In this document: positions 58,894-64,000 of the stretch, piece after piece | How positions within the stretch are numbered: position 1 is the stretch's first letter | Layout: each line of letters opens with the position of its first letter | Source: a virus | Direction: 5' to 3' (one strand) | Length of the DNA: 64,000 bases | IMG/VR virus record: IMGVR_UViG_3300030104_005320 | Span: 32,001-96,000 of that record | Notes under the pieces: generated by a model | Databases searched by the model: none | The model's input: the letters and a program-made list of their open reading frames with translations, nothing else | What the model was told of the DNA's origin: nothing | Made by a program: the position numbers and the translations under genes

Positions 58894-59596
58894 TAATATA
58901 AACTTACACTTAATCGGCAAGAAGTATTTAGATACATTGCTATATGTAGATAATCTTAATTTGTCAGAAACCAACGAGACTAAGCAAGTCAGGGAATGCT
59001 TGGGCGGTATTTATAACATAAAAGACTTGGATAGTGTATCCCCAATATATTCTCCCGTAGGAGAAAAAAGAGCGATAGTTATAAGCGAAAAGGAAAAGTC
59101 TAGAAGGACATCGATTGTAAGAGAAGTAAAATCAATCAAAGCAAAAGACAGCTACAATCTATGTAAAAATTTAGTAGTAAATTCTGATTGGACTCATGTG
59201 GCATATATCGATGATGTAGCACTGCCTCATACTTTGCAGCCAAACAGCGTTGATTTTTGCACCAGCAAAGATAGAAGGCGGTTTTCAAAAAAACTAAATA
59301 AATGCATACTTGCATTTGACTCTAGAGAAAGAAAGCATCTTTATAATGGCTTAGACCTAGATACAATTATTGTGTTGCATGACGAGCATGGCTGTGAAGC
59401 CATATTTAAAAATCTAGTTATATGCAAGTACGAAAACAATCCAGTGAAGAATTTACACGTAAATGGTGCTGGAGATATATTCGCGGCAGTGTTTATTAGA
59501 GAGTATTTAAAATCGAATTTAACAAGTGCCGTAAAATATAGTTGTGAAATAACAACACACATTTTAAAGAAAAGACAAACAAATGAAAAAGTATAA
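58880..59596 (+). CDS. PfkB-like sugar kinase (divergent)
   Basis: C-terminal VNGAGDIFAA signature. Confidence 0.6.
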   Translation: MYTNNNINLHLIGKKYLDTLLYVDNLNLSETNETKQVRECLGGIYNIKDLDSVSPIYSPVGEKRAIVISEKEKSRRTSIVREVKSIKAKDSYNLCKNLVVNSDWTHVAYIDDVALPHTLQPNSVDFCTSKDRRRFSKKLNKCILAFDSRERKHLYNGLDLDTIIVLHDEHGCEAIFKNLVICKYENNPVKNLHVNGAGDIFAAVFIREYLKSNLTSAVKYSCEITTHILKKRQTNEKV

Positions 59597-60743
59597 CCTA
59601 CTAATACCAATGGCCGGAAAGGCCCAGAGATTTGCCGACAAGGGCTATAAGATGCCCAAGCCATTAATAATGGCAAAGAACAAGCACGTCATAGACTGGG
59701 CCATGGACTCAATCGAAACAAAAGACTGTAATATAATTTTCCAAGTTAGGCTTGACCATATAAATAACTTTTCTATCGACAAGATACTTAAGAAAAAATT
59801 CGGAAATGATATTAGTATTGTGGTAGTTGACCACGACACAGAAGGCTCTGTCTGCACTTGTATGTTGGCTAGAGACCTGATAGATAATGATTTGCCATTA
59901 ATAATCTATACTCCAGATGTATATTTTGGCCCAAAATTCAACCCCAATGATATATCGGAAGAATTAGATGGCTTTCTGTTAACGTTTAAAGCGAACAGCC
60001 CCGCTCATAGTTATGTAGAGCTAAACGAAGAAGGATATGCGATTAAGACCGCTGAGAAGCAGGTTCTTAGTTCCAATGCCGCCGTTGGAGTTTACTACTA
60101 CAAGACAGGATCGCTGTTTGTTAAGCACGCAGAAGAAATGATAGCGGCTAATATAAAAACGAAGAACGAATTTTACATTTGTCCCATGTTTAATACTATA
60201 ATTAGAGATGGCGGCAAAGTGGGAATAAAAACAGTAGACAAGATGCACGTTCTAGGAACTCCGGGAGAGCTTGAGTTTTTTGTTAGAAATGTTTCTTGGA
60301 CATTTGGAGAGCGTCCTATAGCCTTGTGCGGAGATCATTCTGGATGGGATAAAAAAGAAGCGACAAAATTAATACTTGAAAATATGGGAATTGATTATAT
60401 CGATTTTGGGTGCTACGTACAAAAGGACTCAGACTATCCTGATTTTGTAACACAGGCGGCACAAGCCATACGAGATCAAATATGCGATTTTGGATTAGGC
60501 TTTTGTAGAACGGGACAGGGAGTCAATATGTGTGCAAATCATCACGGCTTAAGGTCTGCACTTGTGTTTAATGATTATACTGCCGAAATGGCGGTACGTC
60601 ACAACTGTGCCAATTTCTTTGGAATGTCCTCAAAGTATATCACCACAGAAGATATTAAGGTTATTATTAACACGATTAGAAGCCATTCATTTGATGGCGG
60701 TAGACATATGAGTAGGATGTCGGAGGTTCTAAATGATAGTTGA
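59583..60743 (+). CDS. sugar nucleotidyltransferase fused to ribose-5-phosphate isomerase B
   Basis: N: IPMAG...RF...PKPLI, NEFY, LGTP. C: GDHSG, DYPD, CRTGQG, RHNCAN, FDGGRH. Confidence 0.85.
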   Translation: MKKYNLLIPMAGKAQRFADKGYKMPKPLIMAKNKHVIDWAMDSIETKDCNIIFQVRLDHINNFSIDKILKKKFGNDISIVVVDHDTEGSVCTCMLARDLIDNDLPLIIYTPDVYFGPKFNPNDISEELDGFLLTFKANSPAHSYVELNEEGYAIKTAEKQVLSSNAAVGVYYYKTGSLFVKHAEEMIAANIKTKNEFYICPMFNTIIRDGGKVGIKTVDKMHVLGTPGELEFFVRNVSWTFGERPIALCGDHSGWDKKEATKLILENMGIDYIDFGCYVQKDSDYPDFVTQAAQAIRDQICDFGLGFCRTGQGVNMCANHHGLRSALVFNDYTAEMAVRHNCANFFGMSSKYITTEDIKVIINTIRSHSFDGGRHMSRMSEVLNDS

Positions 60744-61305
60744 TCACGACAGCAAGTTTATATTTGTAGCTGTCGCTAAAACCGCGTCTACATCGATACA
60801 CAGAAGCTTTGGATACACTCAAGACCCAGAGCCTAAAATATATCACATGCACTTAAAAGATATAATCAAAACAAATCCAGAAGCAAAGGATTATTTTAAA
60901 TTTGGCTTTGTTAGAAATCCATATGATAGACTTGTTAGTGCTTATCATGATTTCAAATATTCCAAACATCACCCATGGGCCTCTGCGATTTATCAATATT
61001 CTACATTTAAAGATTTTGCATTAAACTTGCATAATAGTCCTTGTAGGGATTTTATTCATTTAAGGCCGCAGTTCGAATATCTGGAACTCAACGGCGAATT
61101 GGGCGTTGATTTCGTTGGAAGGTTTGAACATCTGAACGATGACTTCAGGTTAGTACAGGAACTAATAAATATTGAAGATAGGTCTTTAGGTAGAGATAGA
61201 TTATCTTCTCATGAGGAATATACAACATACTACGACACAGAAACGAAAAATACTGTATATGAACTTTACAGAAAAGACTTTGAGGTATTTGGATATGAGA
61301 AATAA
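60733..61305 (+). CDS. sulfotransferase family 2 protein
   Basis: FIFVAVAKTASTS (5'-PSB), FVRNPYDRLVSAY (3'-PB). Confidence 0.85.
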   Translation: MIVDHDSKFIFVAVAKTASTSIHRSFGYTQDPEPKIYHMHLKDIIKTNPEAKDYFKFGFVRNPYDRLVSAYHDFKYSKHHPWASAIYQYSTFKDFALNLHNSPCRDFIHLRPQFEYLELNGELGVDFVGRFEHLNDDFRLVQELINIEDRSLGRDRLSSHEEYTTYYDTETKNTVYELYRKDFEVFGYEK

Positions 61306-62023
61306 ATTACTTCAACAGTGTGAAGCATCATATAAAAGATATGAAAAGAGCGTCAGAGATGTCAGCCCCCGCAATGGGTGTATGTTAAAGGCTGAAAACT
61401 TTTGTTTCTGCTGTATGTGTGAATTGTATTCAGTAGATGTGATTATAGAAACCGGTGTGTTTTTTGGAGCCTCGACAGAAATGTTCGCAAGATATTTTGA
61501 AGGATCTGAAACCGAAATACATGCTATAGATATATCTTGGCCAGATGGCCTGCAAGAAAAATTACAATCATACAAAAATATTAAAGAAACATATTGTGCA
61601 GATGGCACACAAAAGATTTTAGAGTTAATAACAAAATTTAAAGATAAAAAAATAGCGGTTTTTATAGACGGGCCAAAAGGCGAACAGCAACTATCTTTGG
61701 CTAAAAAAATAATAAATTCTGTAGAGTTTGTGGCACTTCATGACGTAGGTAGAGAATATTGTATGTATACAGCAGAACCACAAGTCGAAGTAGAAACGCA
61801 TGATAATTTCGTTGAGTGGGACCGGTCTATGTTTATCACAACTGAAGACTGGTTTGCCAATAAGTATTCACACATGAATATTGAACAGCTTAGATGGCTT
61901 CAGAAAAAAGACACGAGATGGGAAAAAAGAAACGATGGATACGACGAAAGTTTGTGGAATCCAATTTTAGATAAGATCACTCCTAACGGCTTTGGTCTTG
62001 GCATAGCAATGAAAGCAACTTGA
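61295..62023 (+). CDS. class I SAM-dependent methyltransferase-like protein
   Basis: IIETGVFFGAST, AID, FIDGPK, LHD; likely start ATG 61295. Confidence 0.65.
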   Translation: MRNKLLQQCEASYKRYEKSVRDVSPRNGCMLKAENFCFCCMCELYSVDVIIETGVFFGASTEMFARYFEGSETEIHAIDISWPDGLQEKLQSYKNIKETYCADGTQKILELITKFKDKKIAVFIDGPKGEQQLSLAKKIINSVEFVALHDVGREYCMYTAEPQVEVETHDNFVEWDRSMFITTEDWFANKYSHMNIEQLRWLQKKDTRWEKRNDGYDESLWNPILDKITPNGFGLGIAMKAT

Positions 62024-62649
62024 GTTCATTAAGTGGAATCATGATAATTAATCACAACAAAAGATTTATATTTGTGGCTGTAGCAAAAACTGCATGTACA
62101 TCAATACGTAGGAGTCTTGGATATACTAAAGATCCGCTACCCCTTAGATATCACATGAACTTAAAGGACATGATAAACCAAAACCCTGAAACTGAAAACT
62201 ACTTTAAATTTGGTTTTGTTAGAAATCCTTACTATAGGCTGGTTAGTGCTTTTTTTAATTTTAGAAATTCAAACACACATGGATCAATACCGCCATATTA
62301 CGTGCCTTTCTATGAATACAATAACTTTAGAGATTTTGTATTAGACCTAGATAAAATGGCTGAAAAAATCATACATCTAAAAACCCAATATGATTATTTA
62401 GAGTATAAGGGGGGTGTTGGCGTTGATTTTGTTGGAAGATTTGAGAATCTAAATGAAGATTTTGAAACTGTAAAATCTTTAATTGGTATAGAATCAGAGC
62501 CTCTTGGTATACACAGACAACATGTAAGCGGGCTCAATGGAGTCGCAAGAAAATCTGATAACTATATGGATGAGTATGACGAAGAAACAAAAGAAATAAC
62601 TTACCGGTTTTACAAAAAAGACTTTATGGAGTTTGGTTATGAAAAGTAA
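62020..62649 (+). CDS. sulfotransferase family 2 protein (paralog of 60733-61305)
   Basis: FIFVAVAKTACTS, FVRNPY.RLVSA, VDFVGRFE.LN.DF. Confidence 0.85.
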   Translation: MSSLSGIMIINHNKRFIFVAVAKTACTSIRRSLGYTKDPLPLRYHMNLKDMINQNPETENYFKFGFVRNPYYRLVSAFFNFRNSNTHGSIPPYYVPFYEYNNFRDFVLDLDKMAEKIIHLKTQYDYLEYKGGVGVDFVGRFENLNEDFETVKSLIGIESEPLGIHRQHVSGLNGVARKSDNYMDEYDEETKEITYRFYKKDFMEFGYEK

Positions 62650-63442
62650 AGCCTATCAAGACATAATAGACAATTTAACAATATCAATTATTGGCCCGAT
62701 TCACCAGCAGTCGCTAGACAACATAGAAAACTACAAAAAAATATGTAAAAATATTTTAGTTTTTGCTTGGTCTGATATCAATACTGAAACAATTGAAGTA
62801 TTTAGAGACAAAATCAGCGACGACGAAAGTGTTACACTTTACACTTACAAATCCCCTCCCTCACAAGATGTTAAGAATTGTATGTTTCAGCATTACAAAA
62901 CACTTCTTCCTCAAGTAAAAGGCATAATGATAGCCGCTACAAAATGTCAAACAAAGTATATGATACGAACCAGAGCCGACGAAAGTTTTAGCGATCTGTC
63001 TCCTATGGTAAAAAAGTTTTCAAACGATACAAACACTATCGTGTCTTCAAATATAGTTTGGAGAACTAATTGGGGCGGACGAAAAAAACATATGGGAGAT
63101 CACACTTTTATAGGCGACACACAAACAATACTAGATGTTTATAAAGAGTTTTATACTTCAGCTTTTGAAGGTTTTAAGGGTAGTGCGTTAAGTGAAGCGT
63201 TTTATAATGGCATAGAACATGGCTGTTGTGAAGAACATTTACATGACTACTTTATGAAACACGGAAAAACTCCAATACCGATCAATGTAGAAACTTTGGG
63301 TGAATATCTGGTGTCTATTGAAGGAAAGAAATATAGCAATAAAACAGGACTTAACAGTAAAGTTATGGAGTGTCCAGATATGCTTGTTGATTGGTTTAGT
63401 ATGGACACAAAGATGTGGAGATTCATGTATGAACAAGAATAG
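62633..63442 (+). CDS. WavE-like polysaccharide biosynthesis protein
   Basis: SIIGP, TKYMIRTRAD, DHTFIG pattern. Confidence 0.5.
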   Translation: MVMKSKAYQDIIDNLTISIIGPIHQQSLDNIENYKKICKNILVFAWSDINTETIEVFRDKISDDESVTLYTYKSPPSQDVKNCMFQHYKTLLPQVKGIMIAATKCQTKYMIRTRADESFSDLSPMVKKFSNDTNTIVSSNIVWRTNWGGRKKHMGDHTFIGDTQTILDVYKEFYTSAFEGFKGSALSEAFYNGIEHGCCEEHLHDYFMKHGKTPIPINVETLGEYLVSIEGKKYSNKTGLNSKVMECPDMLVDWFSMDTKMWRFMYEQE

Positions 63443-64000
63443 TAAAACGGGACTGATACTCTCGCATATATTCGTAAGAGAGAGAGAAGAGCACAAATGG
63501 GATTGGATTCAAAATTCCATAGATAAACATAGACAGCTTTACGATAACTTTTATATCGTCCTAAGTGGACACGGCATAGAAGTTCCTGAGCATATCAAAG
63601 ACCAGTTGGATAGTATCTATTGGGAAGAGCAGATCAGAGAACAGGATATAGGGCAAGGACATCCTCATTTTTGTATCAAAGGTTACGAAGCGTGTCTAGA
63701 GGCAAATTGTCAATACACTTTAAAAACAAGAGGATTTGACTGGCTAGAACATGATGAAGTCTTAAAAAACAACTTAGTGTTTTGCTCTACTAACACAGAC
63801 TTTTCTAAAAAACAACTAGGGGATCTTTTGATTTTTGGCGATACTAAAGATATGTTAGATCTTTGGTCATGTGTGCCTTGGGACTACACGCTAATCGACG
63901 GTTTAGAGAATTTATACAAAAACATGAAAAACAAGTGGGGCGAATCATGGCTGCAAGATAATGCCAAGTTTCTAAGCTCTCAACAGATGGGATGGATGAC
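63429..64000 (+). CDS. partial gene running off the window (MNKNSKTGLILSHIF...), probably glycan-related
   Basis: ATG 63429; frame stays open to the window end; not in the ORF track because it lacks a stop. Confidence 0.6.
   Translation, partial: MNKNSKTGLILSHIFVREREEHKWDWIQNSIDKHRQLYDNFYIVLSGHGIEVPEHIKDQLDSIYWEEQIREQDIGQGHPHFCIKGYEACLEANCQYTLKTRGFDWLEHDEVLKNNLVFCSTNTDFSKKQLGDLLIFGDTKDMLDLWSCVPWDYTLIDGLENLYKNMKNKWGESWLQDNAKFLSSQQMGWM

Overview
This window is 64 kb of a large lytic dsDNA tailed-phage genome (probably a jumbo or 'huge' phage). It is AT-rich, densely coded, almost entirely on the + strand and uses the standard genetic code. Four blocks are visible. (1) 1-22 kb: accessory and virion-like genes (Cys/Ser-rich protein, beta-helix proteins, SLOG protein, SSB, PAP2 phosphatase, papain-like peptidase, small membrane proteins, a phage sigma factor) and a complete circularly permuted (two-piece) tmRNA gene at ~7633-7900 encoding the tag (A)AEPCLALAA. 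(2) 22.4-31 kb: nucleotide metabolism (nrdA, nrdB, thyX, MazG-like, phoH), with glmS and a GNA1-like acetyltransferase interleaved among the nrd genes. (3) 31-44.5 kb: replication and recombination (RecA-like, DnaB, primase, dNMP kinase, Cas4-like nuclease) and a DnaE polymerase split into two genes, with no intein, around a DEDDh exonuclease that appears to start at ATT. (4) 44.5-64 kb: a glycan biosynthesis and modification cluster of more than 20 genes (GT4/GT2 enzymes, GDP-fucose synthase, split HldE, KdsC, nucleotidyltransferase-RpiB fusion, methyl- and sulfotransferases) that runs off the window end. A TGTGTATA-like motif recurs upstream of several accessory and structural genes. All calls come from motif recognition by eye; no searches were run.
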